From positions 2,752,001 through 2,816,000 of the forward strand of contig OY970192.1 in the NCBI GenBank assembly GCA_963708135.1: a DNA stretch of 64,000 bases. Reading direction: 5' to 3'. How positions within the stretch are numbered: the first letter of the stretch is position 1; each line of letters begins with the position of its first letter. The stretch comes from an uncultured Gemmatimonadales bacterium. Its GTDB lineage: Bacteria; Gemmatimonadota; Gemmatimonadetes; Longimicrobiales; RSA9. The translations under genes and the position numbers were made by a program. This document shows positions 1 through 10,219 of the stretch, piece by piece. A model generated the notes under the pieces. It ran no database searches. It was given only the letters and a program-made list of their open reading frames with translations, and had not been told where the DNA came from.

Positions 1-2814
1 GTGTGGGTGGGGACGGGCGAGGCGGGCGTGCGCAACAGCATGGGGGTGGGCCGGGGCGTGTGGCGGACCGTGGACGGCGGCGCGCGCTGGAGCTTTCTCG
101 GCCTCGGGAAGTCGGAGCGGATCGCGCGCATACGCGTGGATCCCGGGGACGCCGACGTCGCCTGGGTGGCGGCGCTCGGACCGGCCTGGAGCAACGGTAG
201 CGAGCGCGGCATCTATCGCACCCGCGACGGCGGGAAGACGTGGGACCATGTGCTGCCCGGCGACTCCACCACCGGCGCGGCGGACCTCGCCATGGATCCC
301 GCCAACCCCCGCCACCTGCTCGCCGCTCTCTGGCAGTACCGGCGCTGGCCGTGGGGCTTCCGGTCGGGCGGGCCGGGGAGCGGGCTCTACGAGTCGTGGG
401 ACGGCGGCAGGACGTGGCGGCGGGAGAGCGCGGCGGACGGGCTGCCGGAGGGGGAGCTCGGCCGGATCGCGCTCGCGTTCGCGCCCTCCGCGCCGGGCGT
501 GGCCTACGCGCTCGTGGAGGCGAAGTCGAGCGCGCTCGTCCGCTCGGACGACGGCGGACGGACGTGGACGACGGTCGAGCAGGGGCCGGAGGTGGACCCC
601 CGCCCCTTCTACTTCTCGCGCATCGAGGTGGATCCGGCCAACGAGAACCGGCTCTACCGCGTGGGCGAGACGCTCGAGGTGAGCGAGGACGGCGGGCACC
701 ACTTCCGCACCGTCGTGCCCAGCCGGAAGGTGCACGGCGACGTGCACGTCGTCTGGATCGGGCCGCGAGGGCAGCGGCTGATCCAGGGCAACGACGGCGG
801 CGTCGGCATCTCCGTGGACCGGGGCGCCAGCTGGCGCTGGGTGGCCGACCTGCCGCTCGCCCAGTACTACCACGTGAGCGTGGACGACGCGCTGCCGTAC
901 GACATCTACGGCGGGCTCCAGGACAACGGCAGCTGGGTCGGGCCGAGCAGCGTCTGGCACACGGGCGGCATCCGCAACTACGACTTCCAGCGCACGGGCG
1001 GCGGGGACGGCATGGGCTCGGTCGTGGACGCGTCCGACCCGCGCTACCTCTACGGCGCCTCGCAGGAGGGGGAGCTCTACCGCTTCGATCGCGTGACCGG
1101 CGGCCGGACCCTGGTCCAGCCCACCGGCCCGGACGGCGTGAAGCTCCGCTTCAACTGGAACGCGGCCATTGCGGCCGACCCGTTCACGCCCGGCACCGTC
1201 TACTACGGCAGCCAGTTCCTGCACGAGACGACGGACCACGGCGACACGTGGCGGACCATCTCGCCGGACCTCACGACGAACGATCCGGACAAGCAGAAGC
1301 AGGACGAGAGCGGCGGCCTCACGCTCAATGCATCGGGCGCGGAGAACCACACCACCCTCATCACGATCGCGCCGAGCCACGCCGCGAAGGGCGAGATCTG
1401 GGTCGGCACGGATGACGGCAACGTGCAGCTCACGCGCGACGGCGGCGCCCACTGGACCAACCTGCGGAACCGCATCCGCGGGCCCGCCGCGGGCACGTGG
1501 GTGTCGCACATCGAGCCCTCGACGACGGACGCGGCGGCCGCCCTCGTCGCCTTCGACGACCACCGGCGCGGGGACTGGACGCCCTGGATCTTCCGCACCG
1601 CCGACTACGGCCGCACCTGGGAACGCCTCGGGACCGACGGCCTCGACGGCTTCGTCCATACCGTGATCCAGGACTCCGCGCGGCCGAGCCTGCTCTTCGC
1701 GGGCACCGAGTTCGGGCTGTTCGTGAGCTTCGACGCCGGCCGGCGCTGGCAGAAGTGGACGCACGGGCTGCCCACGGTGCCGGTGCGCTCGCTCGTCATC
1801 CAGCCGCGCGAGGCGGACCTCGTGATCGGCACCCACGGCCGGGCCGCCTACGTGCTCGACGACATCCGGCCGCTGCGCGCGCTGGCCGCCGATCCCGGCA
1901 TCGCCCGCCGGCCGCTCACTGTCTTCCCCGCGCCCACCGCCTACCAGCACGAGCAGGCCGAGCCCCTCGGCTACCGCTCCACCGGGGACGGCATGTTCTT
2001 CGGCGAGAACCGCCCCTACGGCGCCCTCCTGAGCTTCTGGCTCGGGGCGCCCGCCGCCACCACCGCTGATGATGGCGACGCGCCCGCCGCCGACTCGTCG
2101 CGTTCCGCGAAGCTCGAGGTGGCCGACAGTACCGGCGTCGTGGTCCGCACGCTCGAGGCGAGCGCCGAGCGCGGACTCGTGCGCGCCGTCTGGGACCTGC
2201 GCCGCGACGGCTTCCACGCCGGCGGACAGCGCGGTGCCATGGATGGCCCGGAGGTGCCGCCGGGAACCTACACCGTGCGCGTCCACGCGGGCGACGCCAC
2301 CGCGAGCACGCCCGTCGCGGTCGTCTTCGATCCGCGCGTCCGGAGCTCCGTGGCGGACCGCCGCGCCAATTACGACGCCCTGGTCGCGCTCGGCGGCGCG
2401 CTCGAGCAGGCGACGAAGGCGCTCGGCACGATCCGCGACGCGCGCGGCAGCGTGGACGTGGTGCTGCGCCGGGTCCACGGCCGCGAGGACGCGCAGGCGC
2501 GCGCGCTCGGGGACGCCGGCCGCGCGCTCGGCCGCTCCCTCGACTCCCTCGAGATCGCCTTCGCCGGCCCGCAGCACGTGCAGGGGCTAGCGCCTCAGGG
2601 CGACGCCGTGCTCGCCGTGCTGCGCGGGGCCTACCGCATGATCTCGGCGGGCTTTGCCGCGCCCACCCCGAACCAGCGTGCGCGAGCGCGCCAGGCGGAG
2701 GCGGCGCTCGCCGCCGCCATGGCCCGCCGCGACGCGGTATGGAAGGGCCCGCTCGCCCGCTTCCGTGCCCGGGTCGAGGAGGCCGGCCTCGGACTCGTGC
2801 CGGCGGCACCGTGA
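1..2814 (+). CDS. BNR/Asp-box repeat (VPS10/sortilin-like) glycosyl hydrolase-family protein, 5'-partial
   Basis: Repeated S/T-x-D-G-G-x-T/S-W Asp-box motifs (RTRDGGKTW, ESWDGGRTW, RSDDGGRTW), GGLQDNGSW and IGTHGR motifs; ORF is open at the window start. Confidence 0.85.
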   Translation: MWVGTGEAGVRNSMGVGRGVWRTVDGGARWSFLGLGKSERIARIRVDPGDADVAWVAALGPAWSNGSERGIYRTRDGGKTWDHVLPGDSTTGAADLAMDPANPRHLLAALWQYRRWPWGFRSGGPGSGLYESWDGGRTWRRESAADGLPEGELGRIALAFAPSAPGVAYALVEAKSSALVRSDDGGRTWTTVEQGPEVDPRPFYFSRIEVDPANENRLYRVGETLEVSEDGGHHFRTVVPSRKVHGDVHVVWIGPRGQRLIQGNDGGVGISVDRGASWRWVADLPLAQYYHVSVDDALPYDIYGGLQDNGSWVGPSSVWHTGGIRNYDFQRTGGGDGMGSVVDASDPRYLYGASQEGELYRFDRVTGGRTLVQPTGPDGVKLRFNWNAAIAADPFTPGTVYYGSQFLHETTDHGDTWRTISPDLTTNDPDKQKQDESGGLTLNASGAENHTTLITIAPSHAAKGEIWVGTDDGNVQLTRDGGAHWTNLRNRIRGPAAGTWVSHIEPSTTDAAAALVAFDDHRRGDWTPWIFRTADYGRTWERLGTDGLDGFVHTVIQDSARPSLLFAGTEFGLFVSFDAGRRWQKWTHGLPTVPVRSLVIQPREADLVIGTHGRAAYVLDDIRPLRALAADPGIARRPLTVFPAPTAYQHEQAEPLGYRSTGDGMFFGENRPYGALLSFWLGAPAATTADDGDAPAADSSRSAKLEVADSTGVVVRTLEASAERGLVRAVWDLRRDGFHAGGQRGAMDGPEVPPGTYTVRVHAGDATASTPVAVVFDPRVRSSVADRRANYDALVALGGALEQATKALGTIRDARGSVDVVLRRVHGREDAQARALGDAGRALGRSLDSLEIAFAGPQHVQGLAPQGDAVLAVLRGAYRMISAGFAAPTPNQRARARQAEAALAAAMARRDAVWKGPLARFRARVEEAGLGLVPAAP

Positions 2815-3299
2815 CCCCGCGACGGGCAGCCCGCCAGGAGCCCGCGTCGTTCCGCTTCTCCGCCCCGGTCGAGCGGGTGGGGCGGAACCCCTGCGTGGCG
2901 GTGCCCGCCCGGGTGAGCGCCGCGCTCGGGCGGCACGGCCCCGTGCGCGTGAAGGGGACGCTCAACGGTACGCCGATCCGGGCCACGCTCATGCCGGCCG
3001 GCGGCGGCCGCCACCAGCTCTACGTGAACGCGGCCATGCGGCGGGACGCGGGCGTGGACGTGGGCGACCGCGCCCGGCTCGTGCTCCGGGAGTCCGCCGA
3101 GCCCGAGCGGCCCTCGCTCCCGCCCGACCTCGCCCGCGCCCTCGCCGCGGCGCCGCGCGCGAGCGCCGCGCTCGATGCGCTGCCGGCGGCGCGCCAGGGC
3201 GAGCTGGTCGCGTGGGTGCTCGCCGCGCGCCGCCGCGACACCCGCAGGGAGCGGGTCCGCTGCCTGCTCGACCTGCTGGCCGGGCGCAAGCGGCGGTGA
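2811..3299 (+). CDS. DUF1905 + YdeI/OmpD-associated domain protein
   Basis: GTG overlaps the upstream TGA; 'PVRVKGTLNG..RATLMPAGGGRHQLYVNAAMRRDAGVDVGD' then 'LPPDLARALAA...WVLAARRRDTRRERV'. Confidence 0.75.
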   Translation: MTPRRAARQEPASFRFSAPVERVGRNPCVAVPARVSAALGRHGPVRVKGTLNGTPIRATLMPAGGGRHQLYVNAAMRRDAGVDVGDRARLVLRESAEPERPSLPPDLARALAAAPRASAALDALPAARQGELVAWVLAARRRDTRRERVRCLLDLLAGRKRR

Positions 3300-3333
3300 G
3301 CGGGGTGTACCCCTCCCGGCATGGAAGGCGAGC

Positions 3334-3864
3334 GTGAGCGGCGGCGCGCAGTCCGGCGACGTGCCGCGAGCGGGCACGCCGGCGGTCGCGGTCCGGCGGG
3401 CTGAGGTGGACGATCTGGACGCGCTCGTGCCGCTGTTCTCGGCGTACCGCGCGTTCTATCATCAGCCCCGCGACGACGACGCCGCGCGCGCGTTCCTCGC
3501 CGCCCGCCTCGGCGCGCGGGAGTCCGTGGTCTTCCTGGCCCTGCTGGACGGCCGCGTGGTCGGGTTCACGCAGCTCTACCCCGGCTTCTCCTCCGTCGGA
3601 CTCGGGCGGGTATGGATCCTGAACGACCTTTTCGTGGCGCCGGAGGGCCGGCGCCGTGGCGTGGGCGCGGCGCTGCTCGAGCGGGCACGGCGGCACGCGG
3701 TGGAGACGGGCGCGCGGGCGCTCACTCTCGAGACCACCACGGACAACGCGCCGGCCCGGGCGCTCTACGAGGCGAACGGCTGGAAGATCGACCCGCTGCT
3801 CCATTACGAGTTCCGGCTGGACGGAGAGGGCGCGGAGCACGGGGGCGAGGCGGACGAGCGTTGA
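3334..3864 (+). CDS. GNAT family N-acetyltransferase
   Basis: WILNDLFVAPEGRRRGVG acetyl-CoA motif and DNAPARALYE..GW; GTG start inferred. Confidence 0.85.
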   Translation: MSGGAQSGDVPRAGTPAVAVRRAEVDDLDALVPLFSAYRAFYHQPRDDDAARAFLAARLGARESVVFLALLDGRVVGFTQLYPGFSSVGLGRVWILNDLFVAPEGRRRGVGAALLERARRHAVETGARALTLETTTDNAPARALYEANGWKIDPLLHYEFRLDGEGAEHGGEADER

Positions 3865-3941
3865 GGGTCCAGGCGCCGGGGACGGTGCCGTCCCGGCGGC
3901 TCTGCGGGCGACCCAAGCCAGCCCGATAACGAGGAGGAGCG

Positions 3942-4490
3942 ATGAAGGAGGAAGTCCGGCGGGAGACCGCCACGCTGGCCGGCGGGTGCTTCTGGTGCCT
4001 CGAGGCCGTCTACGAGCAGCTCCGGGGCGTGCTCGCGGTGGAGTCCGGGTACACCGGCGGACACGTCGAGAGCCCCACCTACCAGGAAGTCTGCGGCGGC
4101 GACACCGGGCACGCCGAGGCCGTGCGCATCGACTTCGACACCGAGCGCCTCTCCTACCGCGAGCTGCTCGAGGTCTTCTTCACCATCCACGACCCCACCA
4201 CGCCCAACCGCCAGGGCGCCGACGTCGGGACGCAGTACCGCTCCGCCATCTTCTACCACTCCCCGGAGCAGAGGCGTACGGCCGAGGACGTCATGGCGGA
4301 GCTTCAGGCGGAGGGCCTCTGGGATGCGCCGTTCGTCACCGAGCTCCAGCAGGCCGGGCCGTTCTACGCGGCCGAGGCATACCACCGGACCTACTTCCGC
4401 AACAACCCCGAGCAGGCCTACTGCCGCTTCGTCATCGAGCCCAAGGTGGCCAAGTTCAGGCAGAAGTTCCTCGAGAAGCTCAACGCCTGA
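3942..4490 (+). CDS. msrA: Peptide-methionine (S)-S-oxide reductase
   Basis: GGCFWC active site, GHAEAV, HDPTT.NRQG.DVGTQYRSAIF, FYAAEAYH; GAGGAG RBS. Confidence 0.97.
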   Translation: MKEEVRRETATLAGGCFWCLEAVYEQLRGVLAVESGYTGGHVESPTYQEVCGGDTGHAEAVRIDFDTERLSYRELLEVFFTIHDPTTPNRQGADVGTQYRSAIFYHSPEQRRTAEDVMAELQAEGLWDAPFVTELQQAGPFYAAEAYHRTYFRNNPEQAYCRFVIEPKVAKFRQKFLEKLNA

Positions 4491-4544
4491 GCCGCGCCGG
4501 GCGGGAGAGCCCGACTCCCCCGCCCCCGCCGCTCCCGCCGCAGG

Positions 4545-4773
4545 AGGCCCGGAGTCTCGACCACCATGGGCGCATCCGTGCGGCGGCCGCGGTGAACGCC
4601 CCACGCATACCCCGGCGCGGAGACGGTTGGGGAGTTGACCCCGCCATTCGTTGTCAACTCCCCACGGGCCGCACGTCCACGGGAACGCTTGGGGATTTTA
4701 CCGCGCTATTCGCAGTCAAGTCCCCAAGCGTCGATTCTACGGCCAATGCGTGGGGACTTTCCTGCCCTCGCGG
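4545..4773. repeat. Dispersed ~230-bp palindromic repeat element, copy 1 (REP/BIME-like)
   Basis: GTCAACTCCCCA-like boxes at 4592, 4653, 4715 alternate with TGGGGAGTTGAC-like boxes at 4628, 4690, 4751; colinear with 13441-13670. Confidence 0.85.
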
Positions 4774-4832
4774 CCCCGCCGCGCCCCGCACGGCACATCA
4801 CCCACTCGCCCGCTCGCTCCTCTCTCTCCCCT

Positions 4833-7541
4833 TCAGTCCGTTCGCAGCGCCCGCATCGGCTCCACCCCCGCCGCGCGACGGGCGGGAATGACGCTCGCGA
4901 GCACCAATGCGCCCAGGAGCACGACGGCCACGCCAATGTAGACCACGGGGTCGCGGGGTGACTCCTCGAAGAGCAGCGGCTTCAGCCAGCGGGCGGCCAC
5001 GAGCGCGATGCCGAGGCCGAGCGCGACCCCGGTCACGGCCACGCGCAGCCCCTGGGCGAGGACGAGGCGGACGAGGTGGCCGACGCGCGCGCCCAGCGCC
5101 GCGCGCACGCCCAGCTCGTGCGTGCGCTGCGCCACGTCGTAGGCGATCACGCCGTAGAGGCCGATGGCCGCGAGCAGCAGGGCGAGCAGCCCGAAGAGCG
5201 CGAACATGGTGGCCCCGACCTCCCACGACCGGGTCTGCTGGCCGAGGATCTCGGCGAGCGGCGTCACGCTCACGTACGCGGCGCCCGGCATGAGCGGCTG
5301 GAGCGCGCGGCGGATCGCCTCGCGCTCGTCGCCCGCCCGTCCACGGGTGCGCAGGAAGAGGCCCGTCTGCTGCGGGTGGAACTGCGCCGCGGACAGGTAA
5401 TAGAAGAGCGATGGGTCGTCGTCGAGGCTGCTGTTCTTGATGTTCTCGGCGATGCCGACCACGTACGTGCACGGCACGGTGTCGGCGCCCACCTGCACGC
5501 ATTTCCCGATCGCATTCTCCTTCGGCCACAGCTTGTGCGCCATGGCCTGGCTGACGACCATCGCGCCGGGCGCGCCCGCGCGATCGTCCTCGGTGATGCC
5601 CCGGCCGCGGAGAAGCCGCGTGCCCATCGTCGCGAAATAGTCGGGACTCACGGCGTTCAGGTCGAACTCGCCGAGCTTGGCCACGGAGTCGACGCCGGCC
5701 ACGTGCAGATCCGTGTTCCACATGCTCCAGAACGGGGTCGTGAGCTGGAGCGTGGCGTGCTCGACACCCGGGAGCGCCTGCGCCGCCTCGAGCAGGCGCC
5801 GGCGCAGCAGCACCGCCTTCGCGCTGTCCAGGTCCACGCCCCGCATGTTGAGGTCAACCTCCGCCACGCGCGCCGCGTCGTAGCCGAGCGGCACCGCCCG
5901 CACCCGCGCCAGGCTGCGCACGAAGAGCCCGGCGCCGACGAGCAGCACGACGGAGAGCGTCGCCTGGAAGACGAGCAGCGCGACCCGGGCCGGCGAGCGG
6001 TGGGAGCGGCCTTCACGCGCGCCGCCCCGCAGATCCCGCGTCAGGTCGATCCGGCGCGCCTGTGCCAGTGGCGCGAGCCCCGTGAGCAGCCCCGCCACGA
6101 GCGCGGCCACGCCGGCGAACACGAGCGTGCGCGGGTCCTGCACCACCGTGGCGGTGGTCTCCTTCGAGAGGAAGCGCGCCCGCAGCAGCGCCCCGCCCCA
6201 CTGCGCGACCCCCACACCCGCCACGCCGCCCACCAGCGCGAGCAGCAGGCTCTCCGTCAGGAGCTGCGAGGCCAGCCGCACGCGGCTCACGCCGAGCGCC
6301 AGCCGCACGGCGATCTCGCGCCGCCGCCTGAGCGCCCGCGCCAGTAGCAGGTTGGCCACGTTCGCGCACGCGATCAGCCACACGATCAGCGCCACCCCGC
6401 TCACCCACGTGGCCACCTTCGCCTCGCTCGACTCGTTCGGCCCGCGCTCGCTCAGGATCGAGGCGATCACCGCGTGCGGCCGGCCTTCGGCCAGCGGCGG
6501 CAGTCCCGAGCTCGTGGCCTTCTGCGCGCGGTAGCTGCGCACGTATGCCTGCGTGAGGTCCGCCGTCGCGGCCGCCGGCGAGACGCCCGGCCGCCGCTCG
6601 ACCATCACCGATGCCCACGTCCAGTGGTAGGTCCGCCACCAGCTCTCATCCCGCAGGAACGTCCCGGCCGACTCCGCGCCATAGGCCGTGATCGGGATGA
6701 AGGCCGCCGGCGGCGCGTCCGGCCAGAGCCCCACGAATCCCTTCGCCGCCACGCCGATCACCGTGTAGGTCGTGGCGCCGATCCGCACCTTCGAGCCCAG
6801 CGCATCACGCCGGCCGCCGTAGCGCGTCTGCCACGTGCCGTAGCCCAGCACCGCCACCGGAGTCCCGTTTGGCGGACTGTCCTCCGCCACCGTGAAGTAG
6901 CGGCCCAGCGCCGGCGGCGCGTCGAAGAAGCCGAAGAAGCTCGCGCTGACCACCCCAATGTTCAGCTCTCGCGCCTCCGTGCCCGCACCGACCGCGAGCT
7001 TCCGGTTCGTGAACATCGCCGCGCGCTCCAGCGTGCGCGCATCCCGCGCGATGTCCACGTAACGGGCGTACGGCGCGCCCGCCCCCGCGAACTCCTTCCC
7101 CCGGTACGTGCTCGCGAAGTACAGACGATGGACCCGCGCCGCATCCTTCATCAGCGGCGGAGAACGGAAGAGAAGCCGGTCCACCACCCCGAACATCGCG
7201 GCGTTCGCCCCGATCCCCAGCGCCAGCGTCAGCACCACCGCCAGCGCGAACCCCGGCTGCTTGCGCAGGCCCCGCAGCGCGTAGCGCAGATCCTCCAGCA
7301 GGTGCTCCAGCCAGCGCACCCCGCGCGCGTCCCGATGCGACTCCCGCGTCCGCTCCTCGCCCCCGAAGGCGACGAGCGCCCGCCGCCGCGCCTCCTCGCG
7401 CGAGACCCCCTCGCGCCGGACCAGGTCCTCCGTCTCCAGCTCGATGTGCAGCCGTACCTCCTCCGCCAGCTCGTGGTCCAGCGTCTCCGCGCGGGTCAGC
7501 GCCGTCCAGCGGCGCAGCAGTCGATGGGCCCATTCCCTCAT
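4833..7541 (-). CDS. ADOP-type duplicated ABC permease (MacB/FtsX-like, no ATPase)
   Basis: N-terminal '[13 protein letters not shown]...[13 protein letters not shown]', [61 protein letters not shown]. Confidence 0.92.
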   Translation of the reverse strand: MREWAHRLLRRWTALTRAETLDHELAEEVRLHIELETEDLVRREGVSREEARRRALVAFGGEERTRESHRDARGVRWLEHLLEDLRYALRGLRKQPGFALAVVLTLALGIGANAAMFGVVDRLLFRSPPLMKDAARVHRLYFASTYRGKEFAGAGAPYARYVDIARDARTLERAAMFTNRKLAVGAGTEARELNIGVVSASFFGFFDAPPALGRYFTVAEDSPPNGTPVAVLGYGTWQTRYGGRRDALGSKVRIGATTYTVIGVAAKGFVGLWPDAPPAAFIPITAYGAESAGTFLRDESWWRTYHWTWASVMVERRPGVSPAAATADLTQAYVRSYRAQKATSSGLPPLAEGRPHAVIASILSERGPNESSEAKVATWVSGVALIVWLIACANVANLLLARALRRRREIAVRLALGVSRVRLASQLLTESLLLALVGGVAGVGVAQWGGALLRARFLSKETTATVVQDPRTLVFAGVAALVAGLLTGLAPLAQARRIDLTRDLRGGAREGRSHRSPARVALLVFQATLSVVLLVGAGLFVRSLARVRAVPLGYDAARVAEVDLNMRGVDLDSAKAVLLRRRLLEAAQALPGVEHATLQLTTPFWSMWNTDLHVAGVDSVAKLGEFDLNAVSPDYFATMGTRLLRGRGITEDDRAGAPGAMVVSQAMAHKLWPKENAIGKCVQVGADTVPCTYVVGIAENIKNSSLDDDPSLFYYLSAAQFHPQQTGLFLRTRGRAGDEREAIRRALQPLMPGAAYVSVTPLAEILGQQTRSWEVGATMFALFGLLALLLAAIGLYGVIAYDVAQRTHELGVRAALGARVGHLVRLVLAQGLRVAVTGVALGLGIALVAARWLKPLLFEESPRDPVVYIGVAVVLLGALVLASVIPARRAAGVEPMRALRTD

Positions 7542-7581
7542 GGGATCTCCGGGGCGGCAGGGTCCGGCGGGTCGTCACACC

Positions 7582-7624
7582 TTGTCGTTCGACAACAGTA
7601 GGCGCCCGTGTTGTCGAGTGTCAA
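7582..7624 (-). promoter_or_regulatory. Sigma70-type promoter with palindromic operator for the ADOP gene
   Basis: Minus strand TTGACA (7619-7624) N18 TACTGT (7595-7600); palindrome TTGTCG-TT-CGACAA at 7582-7595 and an imperfect copy at 7611-7624. Confidence 0.6.
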
Positions 7625-7703
7625 GGCGTGCGGCCACCGCCGCTTGCGGCCGCCCGCCCCACCCGAGACATTTCGATGTGACCGCAGACCGGAGCGTGCC
7701 CGC

Positions 7704-9425
7704 GTGACCCCCGAGACCGCCACCCTGCTCGAGACCATCCGGTGTAGCGTGATCGGCCGCGAACGGGCGCTGGACGGCCCCTACGGCCCGCGCCGCATCA
7801 CGTACGCGGACTACACGGCGTCGGGGCGGGCGCTGTCGTTCATCGAGGAGTTCATTGCCGAGCAGGTCCTTCCGTACTACGCGAACACGCACACGGAGAC
7901 GTCGGAGACGGGGCGTCGCACGATGCGGCTGCGGGAGGATGCGCGTCGCCTGATCAAGGCCGCGTGCGGGGCGCGCCCCGAGGACGCGCTGATCTTCTGC
8001 GGCTCGGGCTCGACGGCGGCGGTGAACAAGCTGGTGGAGGTGCTGGGGCTGCGGCTTCCGCGGGAGCTGGACCGTCGCTACGAGCTGTCGTCGCGGATCC
8101 CGGAGTCGGAGCGGCCGGTGGTGTTCGTGGGCCCGTACGAGCACCACTCGAACGAGCTGCCGTGGCGGGAGTCGGTGGCGGACGTGGTGTGCGTGTCGGA
8201 GACGGCGGCGGGGCAGGTGGACCTGAAGGAGCTGGAGGCGGCGCTCGTGCGCTACGCCGAGCGGCCGCTCCGGATCGGCAGCTTCTCGGCGGCGTCGAAC
8301 GTGACGGGGATCTGCTCGGACGTGAGCGCCATCTCGATCCTGCTGCACCGCCACGGCGCCCTGTCGTTCTGGGACTGCGCGGCCGCGGGGCCGTACCGGG
8401 ACGTGCGCATGCACGGCGCGGGCGACGATCCGCTCGACTACAAGGACGCCGTCTTCCTCTCGCCGCACAAGTTCGTGGGTGGTCCCGGCACGCCGGGGAT
8501 CCTGCTGGCGCGGCGCGAGCTGTTCCGCAACCCGGTCCCGTCGGAGCCGGGCGGCGGGACGGTGCGCTTCGTCACGGAGACGGAGCACCGCTACATCGAG
8601 GACCCGGAGCATCGGGAGGAGGGCGGCACGCCGGCCATCGTGGAGTCGATCCGCGCGGGGCTCGTCTTCCATCTGCGCGCGACGGTGGGTGGGGCGGCCA
8701 TCGAGGAGCGGGAGCGCGCCTTCGTGCGGCGCGCCATCGAGGCGTGGCGCGCGAACGCGTCGCTCGAGATCCTCGGCCACCCGGACGCCGAGCGGCTGGC
8801 GATCGTCTCCTTCCGGATCCGTCACGGCGGCCGCTGGCTGCACCACGAGCTGGTCGGCGCGCTCCTGAACGACCTCTTCGGCATCCAGTCCCGCTCCGGC
8901 TGTTCGTGCGCCGGCCCCTACGGCATCCGCCTGCTCCACCTTTCGCCCGCCACGATCGATGCCCTCATGCGCGTCGTGCTGGACGGATGGGAAGGCCTGA
9001 AGCCCGGCTGGACGCGCATCAACTTCAACTACTTCATCGACGCCGCCGAGGCCGAGTTCCTCATCCGCGCCGTGGACCTCCTCGCCCGCGAGGGCTGGCG
9101 GCTGCTCCCCGCCTACGCCTTCGACCCGCACACCGGAGCGTGGCGTCACCGGCATGCGCGGCCCGACGCCGGGATCCGGCTGGGCGACGTCGCCTACCGG
9201 GACGGGCGCTGCGTGGTCCGTGACGCCGCGCCGCCGCTCATCGCGTCCGAGGCCGAGCGCGACGGCTACCTCGAGGAGGCGGAGCGGATCCTTGCCGCGG
9301 CAGGCGACGCGTGGGCCGCCGACCCCCCGCCCCGCCTCGCCCTGCCCGCCGACTTCGAGCGGCTGCGCTGGTTCCCGGTACCCGGGGACGACCGAGCGAA
9401 CGGCGAGCCCGCCGCGACGCCGTGA
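7704..9425 (+). CDS. Class V PLP-dependent aminotransferase (cysteine desulfurase-like)
   Basis: YADYTASGR, YANTHTE, EHHSNELPWRE, SAASNVTG, FLSPHKFVGGPG (PLP Lys), RSGCSCAGPYG. Confidence 0.9.
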   Translation: MTPETATLLETIRCSVIGRERALDGPYGPRRITYADYTASGRALSFIEEFIAEQVLPYYANTHTETSETGRRTMRLREDARRLIKAACGARPEDALIFCGSGSTAAVNKLVEVLGLRLPRELDRRYELSSRIPESERPVVFVGPYEHHSNELPWRESVADVVCVSETAAGQVDLKELEAALVRYAERPLRIGSFSAASNVTGICSDVSAISILLHRHGALSFWDCAAAGPYRDVRMHGAGDDPLDYKDAVFLSPHKFVGGPGTPGILLARRELFRNPVPSEPGGGTVRFVTETEHRYIEDPEHREEGGTPAIVESIRAGLVFHLRATVGGAAIEERERAFVRRAIEAWRANASLEILGHPDAERLAIVSFRIRHGGRWLHHELVGALLNDLFGIQSRSGCSCAGPYGIRLLHLSPATIDALMRVVLDGWEGLKPGWTRINFNYFIDAAEAEFLIRAVDLLAREGWRLLPAYAFDPHTGAWRHRHARPDAGIRLGDVAYRDGRCVVRDAAPPLIASEAERDGYLEEAERILAAAGDAWAADPPPRLALPADFERLRWFPVPGDDRANGEPAATP

Positions 9426-9476
9426 AGGAAGGACGACCGCGTCCCTCGACGCGGCGGCCCGGCTCGCCAGCCTTCC

Positions 9477-9917
9477 TCAGGGTGTCGCCCCGCGTCCCGG
9501 CGTCGGCTGAGGATGGGGAAGGGGAAGGGCCGGATCCGCAGCGGAGACGGCGCCCCCGCCCGGATGGCCCAGCTCGTGGACGTAGCCGGCGACGGCATCG
9601 ATCTCCATTGGCGTGAGCTGACCACCGCCCGTGTGCGGCATCGGACGCGGGTGCCCGGCCGGCAGGGGCACGCCCTGGCGGACGATCGCCGCGATCGCCG
9701 GCGCGCTGCCGTCCCCGTGGCTCCAAGCCTCGTCCGTCAGGTCCGGGCCCAGCTCCGTCCCCTTCCCCGCAGCGCCGTGGCACGAGATGCAGCGGCCCCT
9801 CCCCTCGTAGACCTCGCGGCCCGGACCTCCCGCCCGCCCCGCCGCATCCGTCAAGGCGAACGCCGCCGCTATCCCGGCGGCGACGATCATCGTCCTCAGC
9901 ACCAGCTCGTGGCTCAC
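9477..9917 (-). CDS. c-type cytochrome (monoheme)
   Basis: Signal-like N-terminus, CISCH heme motif, GPDLTD..W.HGDGS, distal Met in PMP; GGAGG RBS before GTG. Confidence 0.8.
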   Translation of the reverse strand: MSHELVLRTMIVAAGIAAAFALTDAAGRAGGPGREVYEGRGRCISCHGAAGKGTELGPDLTDEAWSHGDGSAPAIAAIVRQGVPLPAGHPRPMPHTGGGQLTPMEIDAVAGYVHELGHPGGGAVSAADPALPLPHPQPTPGRGATP

Positions 9918-10219
9918 GACGCTATCCTCCGCTGACACCGCCGGCTGTCCCGCGGCCGCCGCCCACGATGCCCGGGGAGGCGGGGCGCGGCATCGCGGCC
10001 CCGGTCTCCAGGCCGCGCGCCTCGTGCCACCCGGCCGGGCGCGCGCCTCGAGACCCGCAATCCAAAGCGGTGGAACGGGTTGGGACATCACCGGGCGGGT
10101 GGGTCCGGCGGGCGCGGCGTCGCACAATGTCCTGGCGCACCGCGGGGTGCGGGGCGGCCGGGACATCCTGTCTCTCCGCCGGCCGGCGGAGCCGGAGTCG
10201 GCTCCCGGATGCGGCGCGG

